NCBI GenBank assembly: GCA_964597925.1
Contig: CAZQZT010000002.1
Span: forward strand, 39,038 to 103,037
DNA length: 64,000 bases
Source: an uncultured Candidatus Saccharibacteria bacterium
GTDB lineage: Bacteria; Patescibacteriota; Saccharimonadia; Saccharimonadales; JBBQAJ01
Reading direction: 5' to 3'
Shown here: positions 53,370 through 62,189 of the stretch, piece by piece
Layout of the letters: the number at the start of each line of letters is the position of its first letter
Position numbering within the stretch: position 1 is the first letter of the stretch
The notes under the pieces: generated by a model
Databases searched by the model: none
What the model was told of the DNA's origin: nothing
The model's input: only the letters and a program-made list of their open reading frames with translations
Program-made: the position numbers and the translations under genes

Positions 53370-53672
53370 TTATTCCGAAACCGTTACGTCGCGCCAGAAG
53401 GCTACGTAGCCTGAAAAGTCTTTGTGTAGGCGTTCTATGGCTGTGGGAAGTGGTTCTGGGTAAGTCCAGGCGTCGTCTTTGGATAGGTTGTCACCTTGGC
53501 CGACGTTGAAATACTGGCAAACACCTTTCCAGGGGCAGGTGTATGGGGTGTCGCTCTCCTGCAAAAACTCTTGTTTGACGCTGGCGGGCGGAAAATACCA
53601 GTTGCCTTCTATATATATGAGGTCTGATTTGTCTGCTTCGGCAATTATTTGATTGTTCCAAACAGCTTTCGT
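53370..53672 (-). CDS. DUF427 domain protein; N-terminus extended beyond the first ATG to a non-canonical start (ACG 53672 or ATC 53675)
   Basis: The track ORF (53370..53564) begins mid-domain. The same frame upstream reads (I)TKAVWNNQIIAEADKSDLIYIEGNWYFPPASVKQEFLQESDT, matching the DUF427 N-terminus (MKAxWNG...EGNxYFP). An AAAGGAGA SD lies 5 nt before the ACG. There is no ATG/GTG/TTG in frame. Confidence 0.6.
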   Translation of the reverse strand, partial: TKAVWNNQIIAEADKSDLIYIEGNWYFPPASVKQEFLQESDTPYTCPWKGVCQYFNVGQGDNLSKDDAWTYPEPLPTAIERLHKDFSGYVAFWRDVTVSE

Positions 53673-53682
53673 GATATCTCCT

Positions 53683-55056
53683 TTATTCGGTCCTTAATGC
53701 TTCTATGGGGTCAAGTTTGGCGGCTTTACGGGCTGGGAATAGTCCGGCCAGCACAGCTACAACTACTAGGCCAAGAACAAGTATGATCGTTTGAGGTAGT
53801 TGAAATTCTAGCAAAACCCTGCCTTCGCCCAGTTCAAGTTTATTTGTAATCCATGGGTTCAGAGCTAGTCCTACAAGATATGCCAGTCCAGAGCCGAGTA
53901 CTCCGCCTAGAAAACCAATCCAGGCGGCTTCAAAGCGGAACAACTTACTGACGTCTCGCTTGCGCATACCAAGAGCTTTCATAAGCCCAATCTCACGTGT
54001 GCGCTGAAGCACACTTATATACATAGTGTTAATAACTCCGAACAACGAAGCAACAACTGCAATTAAGCTAAATGCCACCACTATCCCTTGTAAGACATTA
54101 ATAGCTTGATTCAAAAACTGCTGGGTATCTGCCACACTAAACGATGCATATCCTTCTGCTTTGATACGTTCTTGTGCAGCTAAAAGTGCCGCGTCATCGG
54201 TGCCGTTTTTTATACGAGCGTATACATTGGTGTATTTACGAAATGAATCCGTACCCACGGTATTTATTTCTTGCAGGCGCTTTACATCTTTTTCGCCGCC
54301 GTAAAGGTATAATTCTGTGCCTGGTTGTGAAGTGGGAGGCTTTTCCATAACTCCTACTATGGTGAACTGTTCTGTGACTGTATTTTCTGTTTGAGCCTGT
54401 TTAAGAAGTTGTGATACGTCACCGCCGCTTTGCACTCCGCCAATTAATGCATCGGGGTTAAATGATTTTCTAACAGCGAGTGTAATTTTTTGCCCTACGG
54501 CAGAATTGGCATCTTTAAACCCAAGCGCTTCCACGAACCCTTCTGGTAGGAGTAGATTGTTATCAGTTAATTTTTCAGGACGCGAACCTGCAATAAAGTT
54601 GATTTTTTGAAAAGGATTTTCGGCCTGTATAGTCGCTACATATTTTTTCTGCTCTGGACGCGTAATGTACTGTAAATTTACAATTAGATCCAACCTAACA
54701 TTTTCTACACCTTCTATGTTCCTGATTATTCCTATATCTTTTTCTGTTAAATACTCGATTTGAGTCGGTGCACCCGCGCTACTGAGGCTGTTTCCAAAAC
54801 TTTCACTGTACTCTCTGGGCCTTGAGGTGTCTACGGAGCCAGTAAATAATCCCTCGTCTTTAGCGACAATTAGTTCTGCCGGGTCAAAGTTTTCTTCTAC
54901 TATATTGCTAACAAATGTTTTGGCGCCGTTGCTTGCTGCTAAAGTTAGAGTAAGTGCAAATGCCCCCACACCGATTGCTAGAGCAGTCAAAATTGTGCGA
55001 GCTTTGGCTTGACGCAAGTTACGACCGCTTCGGCGTAGAATGTCAGAAATATACAT
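53683..55056 (-). CDS. ABC transporter permease, MacB/FtsX-like (4 TM segments, large periplasmic-type loop)
   Basis: 457 aa. TM1 then an approximately 280-aa loop, then the FtsX-domain TM bundle (EIGLMKALGMRKRDV). Adjacent ATPase. Confidence 0.8.
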   Translation of the reverse strand: MYISDILRRSGRNLRQAKARTILTALAIGVGAFALTLTLAASNGAKTFVSNIVEENFDPAELIVAKDEGLFTGSVDTSRPREYSESFGNSLSSAGAPTQIEYLTEKDIGIIRNIEGVENVRLDLIVNLQYITRPEQKKYVATIQAENPFQKINFIAGSRPEKLTDNNLLLPEGFVEALGFKDANSAVGQKITLAVRKSFNPDALIGGVQSGGDVSQLLKQAQTENTVTEQFTIVGVMEKPPTSQPGTELYLYGGEKDVKRLQEINTVGTDSFRKYTNVYARIKNGTDDAALLAAQERIKAEGYASFSVADTQQFLNQAINVLQGIVVAFSLIAVVASLFGVINTMYISVLQRTREIGLMKALGMRKRDVSKLFRFEAAWIGFLGGVLGSGLAYLVGLALNPWITNKLELGEGRVLLEFQLPQTIILVLGLVVVAVLAGLFPARKAAKLDPIEALRTE

Positions 55057-55790
55057 TAGATTATCTTCTTTCGAAGCTTGGCTTTGGCTGGTTTAGTAGA
55101 GTTTGTAGCGGATTTTTTGATATCTAGGATTTTGCCGTCTTTTAGCTGTATCTGGATCTGGCATTTGGCGGCAAGTTCGTGGTCGTGAGTGACAATTATT
55201 AGCGTGCAGCCCATGGTTTTGTTTAGCTCAAACAGTAGGTCAATTATCTTTTCTCCGGTATTGCTGTCTAAGTTTCCTGTTGGTTCATCAGCAAAAATAA
55301 GCTTCGGCTTATTTACTATAGCCCTGGCCATAGCCAGGCGCTGTTTTTGACCTCCAGATAGATCGTTTGCTCGACTGTTGGTTTTATCGGAAAGTTCCAC
55401 CGCTTCTAATGCTTCTAGAACCATAGCTTTGCGTCGCCTGCGTCCGACTTTGGCAATTTCTAAGGGTAGCATGACATTTTGATATGAAGTTTGGTTTCCT
55501 TCTACGAAAAATGCCTGGAAAATAAAGCTCATCTGTCTAGCTCTGAAGCTATCTATAGCCTTTGACTTCATCTTGCTGAGTTCTTTGCCGTCTATCTTTA
55601 CTGTGCCACTAGTAGGATGATCTAATCCACTCATTATGTGCATGAGAGTACTTTTGCCTGAGCCACTTTTGCCAATGATTGCAACTCTAGAACTGTTTGG
55701 AATAGAAAAACTCACGTCATCGAGTGCAGTAAACACACTGTCTTTTTTGCCGTACTGTTTGGTTAAATTCTTGACATCTATCACGAACAC
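55056..55790 (-). CDS. ABC transporter ATP-binding protein (MacB/LolD-like)
   Basis: Walker A GKSGSGKST, Q-loop, LSGGQKQRLAMARA, Walker B LIFADEPTGNLD. Lys-rich C-terminal tail. Confidence 0.88.
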   Translation of the reverse strand: MFVIDVKNLTKQYGKKDSVFTALDDVSFSIPNSSRVAIIGKSGSGKSTLMHIMSGLDHPTSGTVKIDGKELSKMKSKAIDSFRARQMSFIFQAFFVEGNQTSYQNVMLPLEIAKVGRRRRKAMVLEALEAVELSDKTNSRANDLSGGQKQRLAMARAIVNKPKLIFADEPTGNLDSNTGEKIIDLLFELNKTMGCTLIIVTHDHELAAKCQIQIQLKDGKILDIKKSATNSTKPAKAKLRKKII

Positions 55791-55804
55791 TTAGTATAAC
55801 GTAA

Positions 55805-57337
55805 TTATTCTTCTAGCCTAAGTCTTTTTAGCAACCAATCTTTTGGCAAAAGACTCAAAAACCAGCCAGCGCGTGGGCCAGAATCTTTGTCTATTATGGC
55901 TTCGTAAAGAGTCTGAAAAAGTTGTTTTGGCTGCATCCCGCTAGATTCTTTGAAGGCATAAATAGCTTTATGGAACCAATCACCGTCTGCATCATCTGGG
56001 GCACTGGCAATTTTGTCCGCCAAATCGTTCATGAACTGCTTCTGGGCATCGGTGAACTTACTGGCATCTACATTTTCATTTAGTGAAAATACTACTTCTT
56101 CGGACGCATAATTTTTTAGCCATTCGTCTATAAAAATAAGTTCGTTCTTTATAACATCTTGGTCTTCGTTTACAACGAGCTCATGCTCTGTTCGACGCAT
56201 TACATCTAGAGTTGTATCTGAGTTTTTAAGTGCAGCTTGATAGCTGGCAACTAGGTGAGAAAAAGGCACGCGACTGACTGTAGGCTCTTCTACTCCCTGC
56301 AAGCATAAATCTATAAGTTGTTTTTCTTGATTAGATTTATCTGGTTTATTTAAAAGTTCACTAAATTCATCAAACAATCGAATTAAAGTGGGGCCGGCAT
56401 CAAAAAATAAAAGCTTGTCTGGGCTATAGCGCATAACAAAATACCACACCAGTTCTGGTGGTAATATTTTCAACAAATCTGCTGCCGTAATTGTGTCGCC
56501 GGCACTTTTACTCATTTTTTTAGTGTCACCGGTTTTGTTTATAAAATCGTATGGAATTGGTATTGGTGGCTGGGTATCAAATACTTGTTTGGCAATTTCA
56601 GAACCGGTGTCGTAGGAGCCTCCTTTTGTGGCGTGGTCTCGTCCAAAAGGCTCTGCATGCACGTTTAGTAAAGACCACCGTGCCGGCCAATCAATCCGCC
56701 AGTTTAGTTTAACTTCTCCGTGTGCATAGCCTATAACCTGTGACTTACCTGCGTTATCTTCATAAGTAATTTGCTGATTTGATTTATCTAGGCTAATGAA
56801 TTTGCGATTTTTTAGATAACCATCTTCTATAACCTGTACAGGCGACCACTGCTCGTCTAGTTTTCTTCCTGAAATATCTTCCAGAATTTTTTTGATAGTA
56901 TCTAGTTGGCCAAGTGCTGTTTCTATGGTTGGGACAAAAAAACCTTCTCTGTATTTTTCATGAGAACGGATAATCTCCATCTCCAAATGTAGCCCTTTGG
57001 CTGTAACCAATAGATCACCCAAAAAGTAGTCGGCATAAGATGCCTCCGAACCATCTGGAGCCGGTACATCACAAAGCGGTTTGCCGAGATATTTGCTAAA
57101 GTCGCCTGGAACATCTACTGGAACCTTGCGAAACACATCTAAATCATCGACTACATGGAAGTGGCGAACTTGTTTGCCGCGTCTTTTTAGTTCACGCAAA
57201 ATAACTTCCGCAGTCAAAACTTCCCTAAGCGTTCCCAAATGGTACGTACCCGAAGGAGATACACCAGAAGACACCACAATCTCGCCCTCAGGATGCTTCT
57301 CTATAAGCTCGTCAACAATTTTATTCAACCACTGCAT
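55805..57337 (-). CDS. lysK: Lysine--tRNA ligase, class I (archaeal-type)
   Basis: SSGVSPSGTYHLGTLREV (HIGH-type) and KMSKS (TKKMSKSAGD). About 510 aa, typical of class I LysRS. Confidence 0.85.
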   Translation of the reverse strand: MQWLNKIVDELIEKHPEGEIVVSSGVSPSGTYHLGTLREVLTAEVILRELKRRGKQVRHFHVVDDLDVFRKVPVDVPGDFSKYLGKPLCDVPAPDGSEASYADYFLGDLLVTAKGLHLEMEIIRSHEKYREGFFVPTIETALGQLDTIKKILEDISGRKLDEQWSPVQVIEDGYLKNRKFISLDKSNQQITYEDNAGKSQVIGYAHGEVKLNWRIDWPARWSLLNVHAEPFGRDHATKGGSYDTGSEIAKQVFDTQPPIPIPYDFINKTGDTKKMSKSAGDTITAADLLKILPPELVWYFVMRYSPDKLLFFDAGPTLIRLFDEFSELLNKPDKSNQEKQLIDLCLQGVEEPTVSRVPFSHLVASYQAALKNSDTTLDVMRRTEHELVVNEDQDVIKNELIFIDEWLKNYASEEVVFSLNENVDASKFTDAQKQFMNDLADKIASAPDDADGDWFHKAIYAFKESSGMQPKQLFQTLYEAIIDKDSGPRAGWFLSLLPKDWLLKRLRLEE

Positions 57338-57557
57338 ATCAGGGGAAAGTATACAGTAAACAGATTACAGTTGACAGAGAAACAACCGAATTTGACCTGA
57401 GCGGTGCGCTTGAGTGTCAGACGTATTTTCTCAGCGAGAAACGGTCCGAGCTGTATGAACAATACTGCTCGAGAGTATCGCAACTGAAAAATCTGTATGT
57501 CGCCAAGAGGCCAGCATAGATCCGGCTTTGTTGGAGCAATGCAGGCCGTCGCAATGC

Positions 57558-58013
57558 TCAGGTGATTTGGGCAATTTTGTAGGTGGCTGTTTCTAGTGGG
57601 GTGACTATTTCTACTTTTTCACCTAGTTTTTTGCCTAGAAGGGCCATACCTATTGGTGATTCGTCTGAGATTTTGCCATTTAGGGGGTCTGCCTCTACTG
57701 TGCCGACAACTCGGAAGGTCTTTGTGATACCGTTTTTGAGCGTCACGGTACTACCAATTTGTACTTGGCTGTCGCCTTTTGGCTTGGCAATAATTTGTAC
57801 ATTCATAAGTATATGCTCAATCTCAGAAATTCTAGACTCTAGTTTTTCTTGCTCTTGTCGGGCAGATTGGTATTCGGCGTTTTCTGATAAATCACCAAAT
57901 TCACGTGCCGTTTTGATAGCGTCGGCAACTGGTTTGCGCTCGACAATCAGACTAGCATGTTCTTTTTCTAGTTCAGAAACACCTTGTTTTGTCAGTAAAA
58001 ATGACTTTTTCAT
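57558..58013 (-). CDS. greA: Transcription elongation factor GreA
   Basis: LTKQGVSELEKE..., AREFGDLSENAEYQSARQEQ, C-terminal FKBP-like domain. Confidence 0.9.
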   Translation of the reverse strand: MKKSFLLTKQGVSELEKEHASLIVERKPVADAIKTAREFGDLSENAEYQSARQEQEKLESRISEIEHILMNVQIIAKPKGDSQVQIGSTVTLKNGITKTFRVVGTVEADPLNGKISDESPIGMALLGKKLGEKVEIVTPLETATYKIAQIT

Positions 58014-58319
58014 AGCAATCCCCTTGGGTCTCGTTTATATAGCAATATATCGTGTGACACATAGAGTTAGTTTACATCTGCCTGCTGGTCAAATAACCAT
58101 AACAACAGTAGTCACTTGCAAATAGATGCAAATACACCCTTGGGTCGCAGATGATTATATCAGTGATATACTCAACCTGCTAGCTTTTTTATCAGTTCTG
58201 CTTCTGGTACCTGTTCTGCGGTGTCATCTGTGCGTTTTTTTAACTCATATGTGGTGTTTTTTAGAGTTTTTTCACTCATAATTAGCCTGTATGGAATACG
58301 AAACTCTCATTCGAATATC

Positions 58320-59087
58320 CTAGCTGATGTATTGCACAATATCGAACAAGACTATAAATGCTAGGCAGTTTTTTAGTGCATGTAGTCCGATACTGGGCCA
58401 AAGGCTTCCAGACTTTTCTCTTAGATAACAGAGTACGAGCGACAATATGAAGGTATCGACTGCTGCCACCCACAGCAAACCTTCTTTTGCTCCACTCAAG
58501 TGAGCCGCCGCGAACAACACACTAGTGATGATAGCCGAGACTATAAATGGCAACTTAGTTCGTAGTCCTCCATATAGAAAACCACGCGCCACAATCTCTT
58601 CTGTGATTGGAGGCAATATTACTAGGCTCAGGAAAACTGGAATAAGTGCTATCCCTTGCGTAGATTTACTAAACCCAATTTCTTGCTCCTGCTCTAGGTT
58701 TAGACTGGGGAAGAGTGCTTTGACTGCAATCAGCCCTATTACATAAATTACAAAGTATGTAGCAAAACCAACGAGAGCATAAAAAACGTGTTTCAGTTGT
58801 GGTTTATTTAGCCCGAGTGTTTTGATTTTCAGGTCACGATGTTTTAGAAGTAAGTAAATGAATCCTAAAGTGATTGCTTCTATAATGAACACGAAGCCAA
58901 ATGTAGCCCAGACGTTACTTGTCAGCCAACCTGTAGTCTTTTCAGTGGTCCAGCCCTGAGTGAGTGGAACAATAGAGATTAGTATGCCGGCAAGTAGCTG
59001 TGCAGCTATATAGATAAGTATGGTCCATGTGACCGCTGATACCGGTCCGTACAGTTGGGGCTTTTGCTGGGATTCTAGCTCTTCCAC
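58320..59087 (-). CDS. CPBP-family intramembrane glutamic endopeptidase (CAAX protease-like)
   Basis: Multi-TM. Motifs PITEEIVARGFLYG (EExxxR) and FAAAHL (FxxxH). Confidence 0.8.
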   Translation of the reverse strand: MEELESQQKPQLYGPVSAVTWTILIYIAAQLLAGILISIVPLTQGWTTEKTTGWLTSNVWATFGFVFIIEAITLGFIYLLLKHRDLKIKTLGLNKPQLKHVFYALVGFATYFVIYVIGLIAVKALFPSLNLEQEQEIGFSKSTQGIALIPVFLSLVILPPITEEIVARGFLYGGLRTKLPFIVSAIITSVLFAAAHLSGAKEGLLWVAAVDTFILSLVLCYLREKSGSLWPSIGLHALKNCLAFIVLFDIVQYIS

Positions 59088-59088
59088 G

Positions 59089-60213
59089 CTAGAAGAACCG
59101 TTTTACGTCTACGATTGTAATAAGAACAAAGAGCACCATGAGTACGGCAAAGCCAGTGCCATGTATGAGGTTTTCTGTGCTTTCTTTTAGCGGTTTACGT
59201 GCAGCCCTGAACGCCAACATAACAAATAATCTACCTCCATCTAGTGCTGGTATGGGCAGAGCGTTCATAATTGCCAGAGTGAGGGAAATTATAGCTATTA
59301 TCATGAGAATAAATTGGATGCCAAGCATGCTGCCGTCTTTTAGCAATACAAATATACCGACCGGACCTGCTACCTGGGCACTAGCTTTGGCTGAATCGCC
59401 TTGAAACAAGCTACTAATTGCCGTTCCTAGGCCCTGAAATGTCAGAACAGTCACTTGCTTTATGAAACCAGCGGCTACGATTGGTGCCGACCAAGTGGAG
59501 CGCTGTACGGTGTATTCAGTTGGTACTATGCCCATATAGCCTTTGGGACTATCTGTTTGCTGGCTGGCTTCAACCTCTTGTTGAGTTCTGAGCGTTACAT
59601 TTAAATCTTTTTCTACGCCACCTCGTTTCACTGTTAATTGCACATCCTGGCCTTGATATTGCTTAGTAAGTACTGGCAATCTGTCTGCGGAGGTGATTTG
59701 ACTACTCTCTTTGTTGTTAGAGATTCGTAGCAACTGATCACGCTGAGTAACTCCGCCCTGAGCCGCTGGGCTTGATTCTTCTACAAGGCCAGCCAAAACA
59801 TCTTGCCTAACGACGTGTGTGTCTGAAGGTACTGTAAACTGATTTTCTATTAGTTTGGGGGTACCTATTAGTGCCAGAAAAGTTAGCATTACAAAAGCGG
59901 TGAGAAGATTCATAACCACCCCCGCCACCATAATCTTTACTTTTGTACTGGTAGTGGCGGCACCGAAGCTTCCTGGGGCGGTGTCGGCATCGTTTTCGCC
60001 TTTAAGCTTTACGAATCCCCCAAGCGGCAGCCAGTTAAGCGTATAGACTGTGCCGTTTTTTTTAGTTATAACTTTAGCTTGGGGTGGAAAGCCTATCCCA
60101 AACTCTTCTACGTCTACACCGCCCCGCCGAGCCATAATAAAGTGACCGTATTCGTGTACAACCACCAATCCCACAAACAGCACTAGGCCCAAAATCAAAA
60201 GAAAAACTGACAT
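59089..60213 (-). CDS. rseP: Site-2 (M50) intramembrane zinc metalloprotease RseP with PDZ domain
   Basis: VVHEYGHFIMAR (HExxH), PDZ region, and NALPIPALDGG (LDG motif). Confidence 0.88.
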   Translation of the reverse strand: MSVFLLILGLVLFVGLVVVHEYGHFIMARRGGVDVEEFGIGFPPQAKVITKKNGTVYTLNWLPLGGFVKLKGENDADTAPGSFGAATTSTKVKIMVAGVVMNLLTAFVMLTFLALIGTPKLIENQFTVPSDTHVVRQDVLAGLVEESSPAAQGGVTQRDQLLRISNNKESSQITSADRLPVLTKQYQGQDVQLTVKRGGVEKDLNVTLRTQQEVEASQQTDSPKGYMGIVPTEYTVQRSTWSAPIVAAGFIKQVTVLTFQGLGTAISSLFQGDSAKASAQVAGPVGIFVLLKDGSMLGIQFILMIIAIISLTLAIMNALPIPALDGGRLFVMLAFRAARKPLKESTENLIHGTGFAVLMVLFVLITIVDVKRFF

Positions 60214-60271
60214 GTCGTTCTATTATAACCCAGAACTTATATCTCAGAGCCTAGCGCTCAGAAAAAAGTAT

Positions 60272-60970
60272 TTAACTTCCGAATCTACGCTGGCGGTTAG
60301 CGAATTCTGCTAGAGCCTCATCAAAATCATCTGTAGTAAATGCCGGCCAATGTTTTTTTACAAAATACAGCTCCGCATAGGCCGCACGCCATAACATGAA
60401 GTTACTCAACCGCTGTTCGCCTGAAGTTCTGATTATTAAATCCATACTCGGTATGTCGGGCGCATAAAGCGCGCCAGAAAAATCTTCGACTGTTAGTTTT
60501 GCTGATTTATTTGTATCTAAGAGTTCCTGGGCTGCATCTACTATTTCTTGCTGACCGCCGTAATTAAAACAAAGCGCCAGCGTGCCTCGCTTGTTATTTT
60601 TGGTGAGCTCCTCTGCTTTTTGAATGGCTTTTATAAGTTTGTTGGAAAGTCCTAGTTTGCGACCCAAAAACCGCACGCGAATGCCTTCTTTATGTACTTC
60701 ACGAACCTCTTTTGTGGCAACCCAAAGTGCCAAATCTAACAGATAGGAAACTTCTTCTTTGCTACGTTTCCAGTTTTCTGCAGAAAAAATGTATGCAGAC
60801 ACATAATCAACGCCTTGGTTTACGGCGTATTTAGCTATTTCTTTGAGATTACTATAGCCCGCTCTGTGGCCTTCTAATGCTGGCAGACCATTTGCCTTTG
60901 CCCAACGACGGTTACCGTCTAGAATCAGTCCAACATGTCTAGGGGTTGAGAGTTTGAGTGGTTGAGACAT
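60272..60970 (-). CDS. uppS: Undecaprenyl-diphosphate synthase (cis-prenyltransferase)
   Basis: HVGLILDGNRRWA, AYIFSAENWKRS, IRTSGEQRLSNFMLWRAAYAELYF. Confidence 0.92.
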   Translation of the reverse strand: MSQPLKLSTPRHVGLILDGNRRWAKANGLPALEGHRAGYSNLKEIAKYAVNQGVDYVSAYIFSAENWKRSKEEVSYLLDLALWVATKEVREVHKEGIRVRFLGRKLGLSNKLIKAIQKAEELTKNNKRGTLALCFNYGGQQEIVDAAQELLDTNKSAKLTVEDFSGALYAPDIPSMDLIIRTSGEQRLSNFMLWRAAYAELYFVKKHWPAFTTDDFDEALAEFANRQRRFGS

Positions 60971-61013
60971 GGTTATTTATTATACCTTAGTGCTACGCGT
61001 TGCGGTCAGGTGG

Positions 61014-61577
61014 TTAGACAGTCATTATTTCGGATTCTTTGGCCTTGGCTACTACGTCTACTTCTGCCTTGGCGCTATTCATAGCGTCGTCTATTTGCTT
61101 GGCAAGGCGTTTGGCATCGTCTTCGCCGATGTCCTTGTCTTTTTTGGCTTCGTCAATGGTACTCATGGCCTCATGACGCGTGTTTCGCAGGCTAATCATG
61201 CAGTCTTCTACTTTGCCACCAAGTAGTTTTACAATCTCACGTCTACGCTCTTCATTAAGTGGAGGTACCGGCACGCGCACAATCCGGCCGTCATCCATAG
61301 GATTCATGCCCAAGGCTGGGTTGTCCCGTATAGCTGAAGAAATTGCTTCGAGATTGGTTGGGTCAAACGGCGTTATTTGTAGTAACTGTGCTTCTGGAGC
61401 AGTGACGTTGGCAACTTGATTAAGTGGTGTTGGCACACCGTAAGCAGTCACCATCACGCCGTCAAGCATGCCAGAACTTGCCCGCCCAGTCCGCATCTTT
61501 TTAAGCTCATCCCGAAAATGCTCTGCCGCATTCTGGAACTTAGTATTGGCTTGGTCAACTACTTGCTGTGGCGTCAT
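61014..61577 (-). CDS. frr: Ribosome recycling factor
   Basis: 187 aa. FRDELKKMRTGRASSGMLDGV..., PPLNEERRREIVK, EDDAKRLAKQIDD. Confidence 0.9.
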   Translation of the reverse strand: MTPQQVVDQANTKFQNAAEHFRDELKKMRTGRASSGMLDGVMVTAYGVPTPLNQVANVTAPEAQLLQITPFDPTNLEAISSAIRDNPALGMNPMDDGRIVRVPVPPLNEERRREIVKLLGGKVEDCMISLRNTRHEAMSTIDEAKKDKDIGEDDAKRLAKQIDDAMNSAKAEVDVVAKAKESEIMTV

Positions 61578-61586
61578 ATAGATATA

Positions 61587-62189
61587 TTACTCCGAGACTT
61601 CGCCTAATGCCATACGACTAAATCGGCGGATTACTATGTTTTCGCCTAGTTTTGCTATGTATTCTTTTACGTATGCTTCTACAGTTTGGTCGGGGTTTTT
61701 TACGAATGGCTGGTTTACTAGACAGCGTTCTGCAAAGTGCTTTTTTAGCATGCCGTCTACGATGTTATCTATCATTTTTTCTGGTTTGCCTTCTGATTTG
61801 GCTTTGTCTGCAAATTCTACCTTTTTGGCATCTCGTACATCTGCTGGGATTTCTTCTATGCTCACGAATTCTGGATTGCTAGCAGCAATGTGCATAGCAA
61901 TGTCCTTAGTAAGTGCTATAAATTCGTCTGTTTTGGCCACAAACTCTGTTTCGCAGTTTACTTCAACCAAAACGCCTATACGATTGTCGTGGTTGTAGTT
62001 ACCTACAATTCCGGCTCGCGCTTCGCGCTCACCGCGCTTTTCGGCCTTCGTAAGCCCTTTTTTGCGCATAGCAGCGAGTGCTTTATCAAAGTCGCCTCCA
62101 GCTTCTGTAAGAGCAGCTTTAGAATCCGTTAGCCCTGCACCACTCAAGTCTTTTAATCGTTTGATGTCTTCTATAGAAATACTAGCCAT
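61587..62189 (-). CDS. tsf: Elongation factor Ts (short form, 200 aa)
   Basis: IKRLKDLSGAGLTDSKAALTEAGGDFDKALAAMRKKG (UBA-like N-terminus), then RIGVLVEVNCETEFVAK. Confidence 0.88.
   Translation of the reverse strand: MASISIEDIKRLKDLSGAGLTDSKAALTEAGGDFDKALAAMRKKGLTKAEKRGEREARAGIVGNYNHDNRIGVLVEVNCETEFVAKTDEFIALTKDIAMHIAASNPEFVSIEEIPADVRDAKKVEFADKAKSEGKPEKMIDNIVDGMLKKHFAERCLVNQPFVKNPDQTVEAYVKEYIAKLGENIVIRRFSRMALGEVSE

Noticed and set aside
58172-58279. 35-codon minus-strand ORF (MSEKTLKNTTYELKKRTDDTAEQVPEAELIKKLAG) between the CPBP protease gene and greA; similarly a 38-codon ORF at about 23910..24026 downstream of glyQS
   Set aside because: No SD or -10 element at a suitable distance, and both are short enough to arise by chance in AT-rich spacers. 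They are worth a ribosome-profiling look but are not supportable as features.
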